This document shows, piece by piece, positions 1 to 27,591 of a stretch of 64,000 nucleotides of DNA (the stretch's first letter is position 1; every line of letters starts with the position of its first letter). The stretch lies in assembly GCF_009914755.1 (NCBI RefSeq), contig NC_060947.1; one strand, written 5' to 3'. A program made the position numbers and the translations under genes. This stretch comes from the human T2T-CHM13v2.0 reference genome, Homo sapiens. The notes under the pieces are model-generated. The model was not told the origin of the DNA. It was given only the letters and a program-made list of their open reading frames with translations, and made no database searches.

Positions 1-184
1 GCTCTGAATACACAAGAGGAAAAGGATAATCTCTTCAACAAATGGTATAGGAAAAATTTGATATCCACATGCAAAATAATGAAATGGACCCTTATCTTAC
101 ACTACACACAAAAATAATTTGGAATTTATTTTAATTATTCCATTATTTTAATAAAGAAATTTATTTTTAAATAAATGTAAATAA

Positions 185-442
<258 letters not shown>

Positions 443-560
443 TAATCCTCCCACCTCGGCCTCCGAAAGTGCTGGGATTACAGGCGTGAGCCACTGCGCC
501 CGGCCTACATTTATTTTTAAATAAATGGATTTAAATGTTAAGACCTGAACCTATAAAAAT

Positions 561-3261
<2,701 letters not shown>

Positions 3262-5462
3262 TGGCATGATTCCACTTATATGGGGTATCCAGAGTAGTCA
3301 AACTCATAGAAACAAAACACTAGGATGGTGGTTGCCAGGGGCTGAGAGGATGGGGAAATGGGGAGTTGCTGTTCAATGGATATTGCGCCCGGCCAGCCAC
3401 ACCAATTCTTACACCAAGAAGTGATGGAGCACAAGTGCTGATGGGCCTTAACACCATCATAAACATCTTTTGTTTGTCCCGGGGAAGAAATTCCCAACTC
3501 CTTCCAAAGGTCTGCCAAAGTCTACCAGTATCCCAAGCTGATTTCCTTATCCCCTCAGCAGATGCTGGAAAGCTGGAAGTCTCCTTCCTTCTCACTCTCC
3601 TGCTTGACATCTGCACAGCCATTCTTCTTCCTCCCCTTGCTCCCCTTCCTCCCCTTCTCCTTCTCCTACTTATTGAGACAGAGTCTCGCTCTGTCGCCGA
3701 GGCTGGAGTGCAGTGGTGTCATCTCGGCTCACTGCAACCTCTGCCTCCTGGGTTCAAGCAATTCTCTTGCCTCCACCTCCTGAGTAGGTGGGATTACAGG
3801 TGTGTGCCACCACAGCAGGCTAATTTTTGTATTTTTAGTAGAGACGGGGTTTCACCATATTGGCCAGGATGGTCTCGAACTCCTGACCTCAGGTGATCTG
3901 CCTGTCTTGGCCTCCCAAAGTGCCGGGATTACAGGCATGAGCCACCGGCGCCCGGCCCTTTTTATTATTATATATTATTTTTGAGACTGGGTCTCACTCT
4001 GTAATCCAGGCTGGAGGGCAGTGGCGTGATCACAGCTCACTGCAGCCCTGACCTCTTGGGCACAAGCAGTCCTCCCGCGTCAGCCACCCAAAGTGCTGGG
4101 TCTACAGGCATGAGCTACTGTGCCCAGTCTACGATTTTTTTAAAATTTATAATTATTTTGTTTATTCAGGCAGTACAACATGATGTTTTGATTTATGTAC
4201 ACATTATAGAGAGTCAAGCTAATTAACACACCCAATACCTCACCAATTTATCATTTTTGTGTGGTGAGAACGTTAAAAATCCATTCTTTCTCCTCTGAAG
4301 CTGTAGAGGATGGGGTGTCCCTGCTTTCCTTTTTAACGATAAAATCATGTTTGTTATTTCATAAAATAGTTAGACAGTGAGGCTTTGTTAGTTTGTTTAA
4401 TGTCCTAACTCGGCAAAATTGAAAGGTGGCAACACTCTGCCCCTCTCCCATGCACCATGCATACACACATATGTTTACAGCTAGGTTTTTTTTGGGGGGG
4501 GAGGTAGTATCCATATCATGTATTAATTTTCTTACAATTTATTTTTTCTTTTCTTTCAGTGACGGGGTGTTGCTCTGTCACCCAGGCTGGCGTGCAGTGG
4601 TGTGATCATAGCTCACTACAGCCTTGACCTCCCGGCCTCCAGCTATCCTCCCATCTCAGGCTCCCAAGTAGCTGGGAATACAGACATGCACCACCACACC
4701 CAGCTAATTTTTCTTTTTCTTTTTCTTTTTTCGTAAAGACAGGATTTCGCCATGTTCGCCAGGCTGGTCTCGAACTCCTAGCCTCAAGCCATCCTCCCAA
4801 CTTGGCCTCCAAAAGTGCTGGGATTATAGGCAATGAGCCACCATGCCCTGCCTAATTTTCTTACAATTTCAAAATATAAATATCATATCTTAATAATTTA
4901 TAATGACGTCACCAATATTCTCCCTATTGTCTCAAAAAAGTGGCAACCTTTGCAGAAGGGAGGATCTTCTAAAAGAACAAAATGAAAAAAGATAAGAATT
5001 CTAACTTGGGTCTTGCGCCGGGCATTGCCTGAAGCAGACAGCCAGAGGCAATCTTTCAGGAATGGAGTGAGGAAGAAATGGGGAGGGAGAGGTAAGCCTG
5101 GGGGTTCTGTGGGCAGCAGGAATCTTCAGCTGCTGGGAGGTAAGGGGACTTCTAAGAAAGTGGATGTCCTCTGTTTGACTTTGTTATATTTTCTGCTGTG
5201 TGGCCCGGGCTTGTCAGCTTGTCATCTTTCTCCCTTGGCCCTATAAACACAGAGAAACAGAGAAAAGAACAAGAATTCTGGGGACAGTGGAATTAGAACC
5301 AGAGGTGACCAAAGGGACATATTATCCAGGTGGTAACTGCCGGAAGTAGATGTTCTTTAACAGTTTAAAAAGTGATGATGAGGCCAGGCACAGTAGCTCG
5401 CGCCTCTAACCCCAGCACTTTGGGAGGCCGAGGTGGGTGGATCACCTGAGGTCAGGAGTTCA

Positions 5463-5717
<255 letters not shown>

Positions 5718-5756
5718 TTAGACCCTTGGCTAATGGGGCTTTGTTTAACCACATAG

Positions 5757-5975
<219 letters not shown>

Positions 5976-5978
5976 TGA

Positions 5979-6395
<417 letters not shown>

Positions 6396-7151
6396 TGAGC
6401 CACCTCACCTGGCCCCATTCTTTTGCTTTCTACCCTTTCTTAACCCTGTTCCCAAAATGTATGCGTCTGTGGCTGGAATATGTTAAAGGGAAGTAGCTTT
6501 CCACCTCTGTATTGGTTCATTCTGACTCTGCTTTTTCTTGCACCTGTGCTCTTCTTTTTAAAATGTTTTTGAGTGTTTTTATTTAACACTAATACACATT
6601 GGGTTTGGCCAAATAGATGTCTTTTCATCCCTGTGCCCCTCTGCAATGATACATTTCTGGAGAGGAGAGGCCAGGCAGGTTTCATTATCCTTACACATTA
6701 CCTGGCAAGCTGCCATGTGCAACAGGTATTTAATACATATTTTTTGAAAAACAATCTCTCATGTCTTTGGAATCATTGGGAACTACAACCAAGTGAAGGC
6801 AGTAGAAGTTGGTGGCTGATGAAGTGCCTACAATGCATGCTATTTCTATAGGGAAGATTCCAAACGTACGTCAATTGTTAGTAAAGGAATTGATAGAGGC
6901 CAGGCATGGTGGCTCATGCCTGTAATCCCAGCACTTTGGGAGGCCGGGGCGGGCGAATTGCTTGAGCCCAGGGGTTCAAGATGTAGCCTGGGCAACATTG
7001 TGAGATTCCGTCTCTACTAAAAATACAAAAATTAGCCACATGTGGTGGCTCACACCTGTAGTCTCAGCTACTTGGGAGGCTGAAGTGGAAGGATCGCCTG
7101 ATTCCAGGAGTTCAAGACCACGCTGGGCAACATAGGGAGACCTCGTCACTA

Positions 7152-7337
<186 letters not shown>

Positions 7338-8159
7338 TCATGAGCTAAACCAAGTACAAAATTAATAAATAAAAAGATTAAAAATAAAAATAAAATAAAG
7401 GAATGGATAGAAGGGATGAATTGTCAACAAGATCCCGATATGTTTTCCCTTCTGATTTCAAGTATCTAATTCAGTTATTCATTTTACCCTGAGGGTGGCA
7501 GCAGGAGTCTCTTCTATCGCCCAAGCGTTGCCAAGAGGCAACTTTTAGGTCACTCTGACATGAGCTAACAGATGCAGTTTCTGGTTAGAGAGCTTGGACA
7601 GATCCATGCCATTTCCTCTCCCTTACAAGGTTGGGGGGAAAGGCTGCGTGCGGCCTCAGGAAACCCTGGGGAGCAGCAGGGATCCTCCCCAGCTGTCGCC
7701 CAATTAGAAAGCCAGTGATTTAACAGAAGGCCAAGAAGACTCACAGGGCCAGGCCTGGGGTTCTCTTTGTTCCACCTTTTTTCCCATGCTGAGAAATGAA
7801 AGAGAAAAACATTGCATGACAAGAATTAATGGTGTCAAACAAATAGCATCAAAGACAATTTAAGTATTGCTCTTCTCTCTCGGAAATGGATGAAGACAAA
7901 GAGTAGTGGCTTCCTTTTTACCCATTAACTGCTCTACATTTGGAAAGAGCTGGTGGACAGTGTTTTCATACTGTATCCATTCAGCTTGATGCTTACAAAT
8001 GTACAGTTCAGAAATTTTTCAAGGAAACAGTTTGCTACAAAGCACATAGTTTCCTCTGATCATAACCATGACCTCGTTTATAATCATAATCTTGTTTATA
8101 ATCTCAGGATGCCAACATGCCCAAAATGACTTTGGAATCATTGTTTTAAAATTTCATCT

Positions 8160-10440
<2,281 letters not shown>

Positions 10441-10616
10441 TTTTTCTTAAATTAAAAAGTGAGCAATTTCTTTGCAGTCAGAACAACATTTCTGTTGGCA
10501 GTGTGTGGTGGTAAAGAGGGGGACTCTGGAGTTAGCTTGGATTTGAATTCCAGTTCTGCCACTTATTAGCTGTGCCAGTTACTGAATGTCTCTGTGCTGC
10601 ACTTTCCTCATCTTTA

Positions 10617-10967
<351 letters not shown>

Positions 10968-11439
10968 TTAGGTCAATTAATATAATTAGTATAAGAGATT
11001 TAAAACAGTTTCTGCAATATTTATTATTAAATTATTTGATTAGAACAAAAGATATAGTTTGCACAGTGGCAGAGACATGCATGAAAAGCAATGGTAGACA
11101 TTTCTGACATGAAGGGCATGCCTTGGCAGCCTTTTAAGATCATTCTCCACTGAGCAGCAGCAGTTTCGTTTTAGAAGTCACATCAAAGCTACTTTGGCTT
11201 TTGCAAGGCGATTTCTGTGCATTATGCACAGAATGACATACCAACCTAAGAAAATTGATCTACTAGCAATTAGTGAGATGGAGCAGGAGAAGGAGCTAGC
11301 TTGCTATGGAAAAAGTGACAAAGAGATGGACTGAGTTGAGACACTTAGAGGTCTCTGACACTAACTGGCTGCCTCACTTTGTACAAATCACTTTATTCAT
11401 CTGTTTCAGGCTTCCACTTGGTTTTGTTTTGTTTTTTGA

Positions 11440-11660
<221 letters not shown>

Positions 11661-11791
11661 TGATCAGCCTGCCTGGGACTCCCAAAGTGCTGGGATTACA
11701 GGCGTGAGCTACCACGCCCGGCCCAGGTTTCCACTTTTGTTATGAAGGTGTTACAGTTATCAGGGCTGGGGATGGATATGCACATTAATCG

Positions 11792-12328
11792 TGTTTTTTA
11801 ATTTTCTGTATTTCATGATGCTTTGACATCTTGGGGCCTTGCTAATCTTGGAGAGACTGTCCCTCCCAGGGCTAACTAATTCCTACAGAACTTGACTCTG
11901 AGCATGCTTTTGATATGCAAACCAACAATCATGAGACCATACCCAAACCACCTCCTTTTTCTAACTCTCACACACCAGCCAATATTCCCCCTCCAGGGCC
12001 AGGTACTGAACAACTAGGGGCCACCCTGTAGCCCACCAAAATCATTCAAACTATCCAGTCCTAAGGTTTCTCAGCTTGCCAATCCTGTCTCATCCATTCC
12101 TTCCCATAAAACCTACAATAAAGGCTCTGGGCCCATGCTTTCTCCTCACTCCTGACTCCTGACTGACCCTGGTGCCTCCCATGTGGCCCTTGCATGGCCA
12201 TGGCTTGGCAAGCCCCCTCCTCTTGAGAACTGTGAGTAACAAACTATCTTTTCAATGGCAGTTGCCTTGTGATCTGCTGGGCTCACCATACCTCAATTTT
12301 TAAAGATTCTTGGTTATATTTTAAAACA
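11792..12328 (+). mobile_element. Solo ERVL-class LTR (LTR47-like)
   Basis: TG...CA ends, internal AATAAA near 12118, LTR47-like 5' sequence. Confidence 0.55.
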
Positions 12329-12568
12329 ATCTAACCCCAGGTGCTAACTCTGGTGGCTGCTTAATAGCTGTCCCAAGTGAGGGATGAGAAAAATCTTCAG
12401 GTTGAGTCAAAATATCAATGTCTGCCCTGAGCATGGGTTGTGAGGAATAAAGATGTGAGAGAAAGGGTTTGTCCTCCCTGACACAGATGATCTCTAGGGG
12501 CCCTTGCAGCTCTAATATCTAAGCATTTTAGAAAGTATTTTAAGGCCAGGCACAGTAGCTCATGCCTA

Positions 12569-17810
<5,242 letters not shown>

Positions 17811-17875
17811 CAGCCTTTTACCTTCTGCAAATAAAACTGCTTCCAGTATACCCAAAGCTGTACTAAAACCTCTTT

Positions 17876-19783
17876 TTTTTTTTTTTTTTTTCTGGTTTTC
17901 CTAGGCAGAGTATTTGTGTCCCTGGGTACTTGAGATTAGGGAGTGGTGATGACTCTTAAGGAGCATGCTGCCTTCAAGCATCTGTTTAACAAAGCACATC
18001 TTGCACCGCCCTTAATCCATTTAACCCTGAGTGGACACAGCACATGTTTCAGAGAGCACAGGGTTGGGGGGTAAGGTCACAGATCAACAGGATCCCAAGG
18101 CAGAAGAATTTTTCTTAGTACAGAACAAAATGAAAAGTCTCCCATGTCTACTTCTTTCTACACAGACACAGCAACCATCCGATTTCTCAATCTTTTCCCC
18201 ACCTTTCCCCCTTTTCTATTCCACAAAACCGCCATTGTCATCATGGCCCGTTCTCAATGAGCTGTTGGGTACACCTCCCAGACGGGGTGGTGGCCGGGCA
18301 GAGGGGCTCCTCACTTCCCAGTAGGGGCGGCCGGGCAGAGGCGCCCCTCACCTCCCGGACGGGGCGGCTGGCCGGGCGGGGGGCTGACTCCCCCACCTCC
18401 CTCCCGGACGGGGCGGCTGGCCGGGCGGGGGGCTGACCCCCACACCTCCCTCCCGGACGGGGCGGCTGGCCGGGCGGGGGGCTGACCCCCCCACCTCCTT
18501 CCCGGCCACCTCCCTCCCGGATGGGGCGGCTGGCCGGGCAGAGGGGCTCCTCACTTCCCAGTAGGGGCGGCCGGGCAGAGGCGCCCCTCACCTCCCGGAC
18601 AGGGCGGCTGGCCGGGCGGGGGGCTGACCCCCCACCTCCCTCCCGGACGGGACGGCTGGCCGGGCGGGGGGCTGACCCCCCACCTCCCTCCCGGACGGGA
18701 CGGCTGGCCGGGCGGGGGGCTGACCCCCCCACCTCCCTCCCGGACGGGGTGGCTGCCGGGCGGAGACGCTCCTCACTTCCCAGACGGGGTGGCTGCCGGG
18801 CGGAGAGGCTCCTCACTTCTCAGACTGGGCGGCTGCCGGGCGGAGGGGCTCCTCACTTCTCAGACGGGGCGGTTGCCAGGCGGAGGGTCTCCTCAATTCT
18901 CAGACGGGGCGGCCGGACAGAGACGCTCCTCACCTCCCAGACGGGGTCGTGGCCGGGCCGAGGCGCTCCTCACATCCCAGACAGGGCGGCGGGGAAGAGG
19001 CGCTCCCCCCATCTCAGACAATGGGCGGCCGGGCAGAGACGCTCCTCACTTCCTAGATGGGATGGCGGCCGGGAAGAGGCGCTCCTCACTTCCTAGGTGG
19101 GAAGGCGGCCGGGCAGAGACGCTCCTCACTTTCCAGACTGGGCAGCCAGGCGGAGAGGCTCCTCACATCCCAGACGATGGGCGGCCAGGCAGAGACGCTC
19201 CTCACTTCCCAGACGGGGTGGCGGCCGGGCAGAGGCTGGAATCTCGGCACTTTGGGGGGCCAAGGCAGGCGGCTGGGAGGTGGAGGTTGTAGCGAGCCGA
19301 GATCACGCCACTGCACTCCAGCCTGGGCACCATTGAGCACTGAGTTAACGAGACTCCATCTGCAATCCCGGCACCTCGGGAGGCCGAGGCTGACGGATCA
19401 CTCGCGGTTAGGAGCTGGAGACCAGCCCGGCCAACACAGCGAAACCCCGTCTCCACCAAAAAAATACGAAAACCAGTCAGGCGTGGCGGCGCGCGCCTGC
19501 AATCGCAGGCACTGGGCAGGCTGAGGCAGGAGAATCAGGCAGGGAGGTTGCAGTGAGCCGAGATGGCAGCAGCACAGTCCAGCTTCGGCTCGACATGAGA
19601 GGGAGACCGTGGAAAGAGAGGGAGACCGAGAGGGAGAGGGAGACTGAGAGGGAGAGGGAGACCGAGAGGGAGAGGGAGACCGAGAGGGAGAGGGAGAGGG
19701 AGACCGAGAGGGAGAGGGAGAGGGAGACCGAGAGGGAGAGGGAGAGGGAGAGGGAGAGGGAGAGGGAGAGGGAGAGGGAGAGG
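17876..19783 (-). mobile_element. SVA retrotransposon (hexamer, Alu-like, VNTR, SINE-R, polyA)
   Basis: (GGGAGA)n ~19600-19783, Alu-like ~19240-19600, GC-rich VNTR ~18280-19230, SINE-R 17891-18280, T-tract; TSD AAACCTCTTT at 17866 and 19784. Confidence 0.97.
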
Positions 19784-21285
19784 AAACCTCTTTCTTTAGC
19801 ACTATTCATGTTCTCTTCTCCTGGACGTCAGTACCTTAAATAGAGTCATCCTCCCTCATGGACTCCACACTTCTCTCTCTCTCTCTCTGTCTCTCTCTCT
19901 CTGAGATAGGGTCTCACTCTGTCACCCAGGCTGGAATGCAGTGGCAAGATCATGGGTCACTGAAACCTCCACCTCCCAGGGCTCAAGTGATCTTCTCACC
20001 TCAGCCTCCTGAGTAGCTGGGACTACAGGCATGTGCCACAGTGCCTGGTTAATTTTTGTATTTTTTGCAGAGATGGGGTTTCACTATGTTGCCCAGGTTG
20101 ATCTCAAATTCCTGGGCTCAAGCAATCTTCCTACCTCGGCCTCCCAAAGTACTGGGATTATAGGCATGAGCCACTGTGCCTAGCCATATATCCTTCTCTC
20201 TCTTATCCTACTCCAGTCTGGCTTTGGTCCGCACTTGTTCACTGACATTCCTCTCTGTGACATGATGAGTTCTCTGTGGGCACACTGAGTTTGAGGTGTC
20301 AAAGCACATAAAAATGGAAAGGTCTACTAGGCAGTTGTTTATGTGGTCCAACTCTCTTTTGGTTCATATTTGCTTGGTGTATCTTTTTCCATCCCTCTAT
20401 TTTCAACCTTTCTTTGTGGTTTTATTCTAAGCGTGTTTCCTGTCACAGGTCTGTAGTTGAATTAACAACAACAACAACAAATCCAATCTGATAACCTCTG
20501 TTTTCAACAGGCATGTAATCATTTATATTTATTTTGATTACTTATGTATTGGAACTTATTTCTACCATCTTATGTTTGCTGTTTACTACCCCGTTCCCCC
20601 TCATCTTTTCCCATTATATGTTAGATGGATAAAGTTTTTGAAATTGCCCCATTACACATTTTATTTTTTCCTTTGCTGGTTCTGAAGTTATAGATGGTAT
20701 TTCTCCTCATTTAGTGGTTTCCATTAATTTTTAAAGTTCCTGAATCTCATGCTTCCAGTATCAACATGCCTAACCAGCAGGGCCTCCATTAATTTTTAAA
20801 TATATGTTCTAAATTATAAATTTAAGAGCCAGGCACAGTGGCTCACACCTGTAATCCCAGTGACTTTGAAGGCTGAGTTGGGAGGATCGTTTGAGGCCAG
20901 GAGTTTAAGATCAAACTGGGTAACATAGAGAGATCCCATCTATACAAAATTTTTTTTTCAATGAGCCAGGTGTGGTGGCACATGCCTGTAGTCCTAACTA
21001 CTTGGGAGGTTGAGGTGGGAGGATCCCTTGAGCCCAGGAATTTGAGGCTATAGTGAGCTAGGATTGCAGCACTGCACTCCAGCCTGGATAACAGAGTGAA
21101 ACAAATAAAAAATAAATACTTATGTTTCTATAAATTTACATACATAGATAAATATTAAAAATATATTAAGCCAGCTATAGTGGCACACACCTGTAGTCCC
21201 AGCTACTTGGGAGGCTAAGCTGGCAGGATTTCTTGAGCCCAGGATTTCGAGGCCAGCCTAGGCAACATAATGAGACCCCATTTCT

Positions 21286-21316
<31 letters not shown>

Positions 21317-21503
21317 AATATATATACACACATAAACACACAAACCAATATCCAAAAAATATATCTTTAAAAATGTATTGTCTCAGCCGGACATGGTGGC
21401 TCATGCCTGTAATCCCAGCACTTTGGGAGGCCGAGGCAGGTGGATCACAAGGTCAGGAGATCGAGACCACCCTGGCTAACACGGTGAAACCCCGTCTCTA
21501 CTA

Positions 21504-21716
<213 letters not shown>

Positions 21717-21854
21717 CTACTCTTAAAAGAATAAAGGCCAGGCGCAGTGGCTCACGCCTGTAATCCCAGCACTTTGGGAGGCCGAGGCAGGTGGATCACG
21801 AGGTCAGGAGATTAAGACCATCCTGGCTAGCATGGTGAAACCCCGTCTCTACTA

Positions 21855-22661
<807 letters not shown>

Positions 22662-22874
22662 AAGATTTTTTTTTTCTGTGACAACTTTTTTTATCATATG
22701 GAGAGGCAAAGGTGGCACAGACTCTACAATCAGCCAAACGTGGCTGTCTCTTGCCTTGGGCAGGTTATGTAATCCCTGAGCTCAGTCTTCTCACTTGTAA
22801 ATCTTTTTTGTTTTCTTCCCCTTCCTCCCTCCCTCCCTCCTTCCTTCTTTTTTTTTTTTCTTTTTTTTTCTTGA

Positions 22875-23189
<315 letters not shown>

Positions 23190-24363
23190 TAATAAGGTTT
23201 AAGAGGGCATGGCACACAGTAGGTCATCATCTTTATGACCTCCATTCTTGTAAATCTGATGCTCATTCCAATTTCAGTGTTCTGGGTTCTTCAAAAAGTC
23301 CCCACCACTAAAACTTTGCTTTATCATGAAGATTTCACTCAGTCCATTGTGTGATAGTATTCATAAAGCACCTGAAAGTACTACCTCTCAAATGAGTATC
23401 TCCCGTTCTCAAAATCAATGCCACACATAGACTCTAATTCAACCATGGTACAGGGGATGGTGAATTAGGCCTGGAGCCTCTAAGCAATGGCCTGCCATCC
23501 AACATCAAATCATGCTGAAAATCCTTTTTTTTTATACTAAGACAAAAACACAATCAAAGAATCATTGCAGTTTCTATGTGAATGAACCTCATATGAAATC
23601 CTCTGAACAGCAGTGGCTCATATCTGAGAGGGAAGGAGGATGTGAGAACATCTACATTACTAGATCTTCATGAATGGGCTGCTGAAGTCTGGCTTTTCCC
23701 TGTACTAAATCTCTCTGTAATTTTGTGCCTGCTCATGGAAACTGCATTCACAAATAGTATATTATGCATATACACAGACTTACACAGACAACCTTTGCAG
23801 ATAAAAAGCAAATCCCTGCCAATGATAAACAAAATGAACATAAAACCTATTACAGTCTTAGATTATCTTCTAAACCTTACATTCTCTTATGCTTAATTCT
23901 TTTCATTTTTAATTTTAATTTTTAATTTTTTTATTTTCCTGTTCTCCTCAGCTGCTCATAATTTGTATTTTTAGAGACAGGGTCTTGTGCTATCACCCAG
24001 GAGTGTAGTGACCTGATCATGGCTCATTGCAGCCTCGACCTCCTGGGCTCAGTGATCCTCCTACCTCAGCTTCCTGAGTAACTGGGATTAACATGCCCGG
24101 CTAATTTTTGTATTTTTAGTGGAGATGGGGTTTTGCCATGTTGGCCAGGCTGGTCTCGAACTCCTGGCCTCAAGTGATCTGCCAGCCTCGGCCTCCTAAA
24201 GTGCTGGGATTACAAGTGTGAGCCACCGTGCCAGGCCTATGTTTATTATGTATATATTTTTACATTTAATATGCATACCTTTTCTTATATTCTTGTATTT
24301 CATACACATAATGGTCAGCAGCCTGTATATACTACCCTGGATCTTTTTTTTTTTTTTTTTTGA

Positions 24364-24561
<198 letters not shown>

Positions 24562-24704
24562 TAAGAATTTTATTAAAAATGATCAAAAGGGAATTCTCTC
24601 CTTTTTCCTTCTAATTCAGATCTCGAGTTGCACTGTTGAAGCAATGTGCCAAAATTGCTTTTATTTTCCTAAATTAAAAGATGTGATATTATCTATTCTT
24701 ATCA

Positions 24705-25151
<447 letters not shown>

Positions 25152-25399
25152 CTAAAATCCTGAAACAGAAACCTTTCATCAAAGTTCTAATTCTACTCCC
25201 TCTAGACGGTCATCCTCCCAGCTCACCCAGCTGGCTGCCCAGTCAGTGACTAAGAGCAGAGCTGTTTTGGCTCAGGCTGAAGTTAATCTGTGCCTTGGGC
25301 AGAGACAAACTGTTGGTGCCTGTAAGAGTAAAATCCTAAATGATTAGAGCAGAAAACTCTTCTGAATTAAGGGTCTGCAAGACAAACAGGTTGCCATAG

Positions 25400-25807
<408 letters not shown>

Positions 25808-26263
25808 TGAGTCACTGTTCCTGTCCTCCAACTGCTTCCTGCCTCTTCAGGGAGCTCAGCCCTGTACTGTCCAAAGAGAGGACTACCAGACTGGGCAATA
25901 TAGCGAGACACCACCTTTACAAAAAATTTTTTAGAAATTAGCTGGGCATGGTGGCACACACCTGTAGTCACGGCTACTTGGGAAGCTGAGGTGAGAGGAT
26001 CACTTGAGCCCAGGAGTCTGAGACTACAGTAGGCTATCACAACACTGCACGCCAGCCTGGGTGACAGAGCAAGACCCTGTCTAAAAAAAATAAAAATAAA
26101 TAACAAAGAGGGGACTAGCAGAGCCATGTGGGAAGTAGTAAGTCACTTGTAGTAATAGCCACTTGTAATTAATCACTTCACAGATCAAAGTAGTTCATAT
26201 TTAGCCTACTCATCAGCACCTGACTATAAAGGTGTCAGGCCAGAGTCTCCATTTCACAACTTA

Positions 26264-26649
<386 letters not shown>

Positions 26650-26726
26650 CTAACCAAACTTTAGTTGCCTCCTTCTCGAATGACATCAGTTCACTTCCCT
26701 TCCTTCAGCTGCCCTCCCTCCTTCCT

Positions 26727-27055
26727 CTTAGGCCATTTGGGCTGCCAAAACAAAATATGATAGGCTGACTAGCTCATAAATGACAGAACTTGAGAAACAG
26801 TTCCGGAGCCTGGGAAATCCACAATTGAAGTGCCGCAGATTCAGTGTCTGGTGAGGGCCACTTTCTGGGTCACAGTTGGTGCCTCCTCGTTGTGTCCTCA
26901 CATAGTGGAAGGGGCAAGGGAACTCTCTGGGTCCTCTTCTCACTGATGTCACTCACTAATCATCATTCAAGGCCCCACCTCCTAATATGATTATATTGGG
27001 AATAAGGTTTCAAGGTACTACTTCTGGAGGGACACAGACATTCAGATAATAGCAC
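26727..27055 (-). mobile_element. MLT1A-like LTR
   Basis: cttaggccatttgggctgcc...gacacagacattcagataatagca. Confidence 0.65.
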
Positions 27056-27264
27056 TGCCCTCTCTCAATTCCTTGAGCATGGCTCACCTCTCCTCCAGCC
27101 CAGGGCACACTGCATGACCATCAGTTGTTTTCTGGGGTCAGGCTCTGGACCTGAACCCACAAGGTCAGGCACATTCACTTTTGTATTACATCCCGGGCTC
27201 AGCATGGGGCCTGGACCCATGTAAGGAGGCAAATGAGTGTTAAGGGAGGCTGAAGGTTTGTTGA

Positions 27265-27591
<327 letters not shown>

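Noticed and set aside
3385-3620. Unique-looking stretch with 80-100 aa minus-strand ORFs next to an 11-nt Alu head
   Set aside because: No recognisable homology or convincing splice sites; could be an old repeat or 3' flank of the relic gene
18031-19843. Long repetitive ORFs (SAPRPASRPVREG, RERETERE, SPSPSP)
   Set aside because: Translations of the SVA VNTR and hexamer
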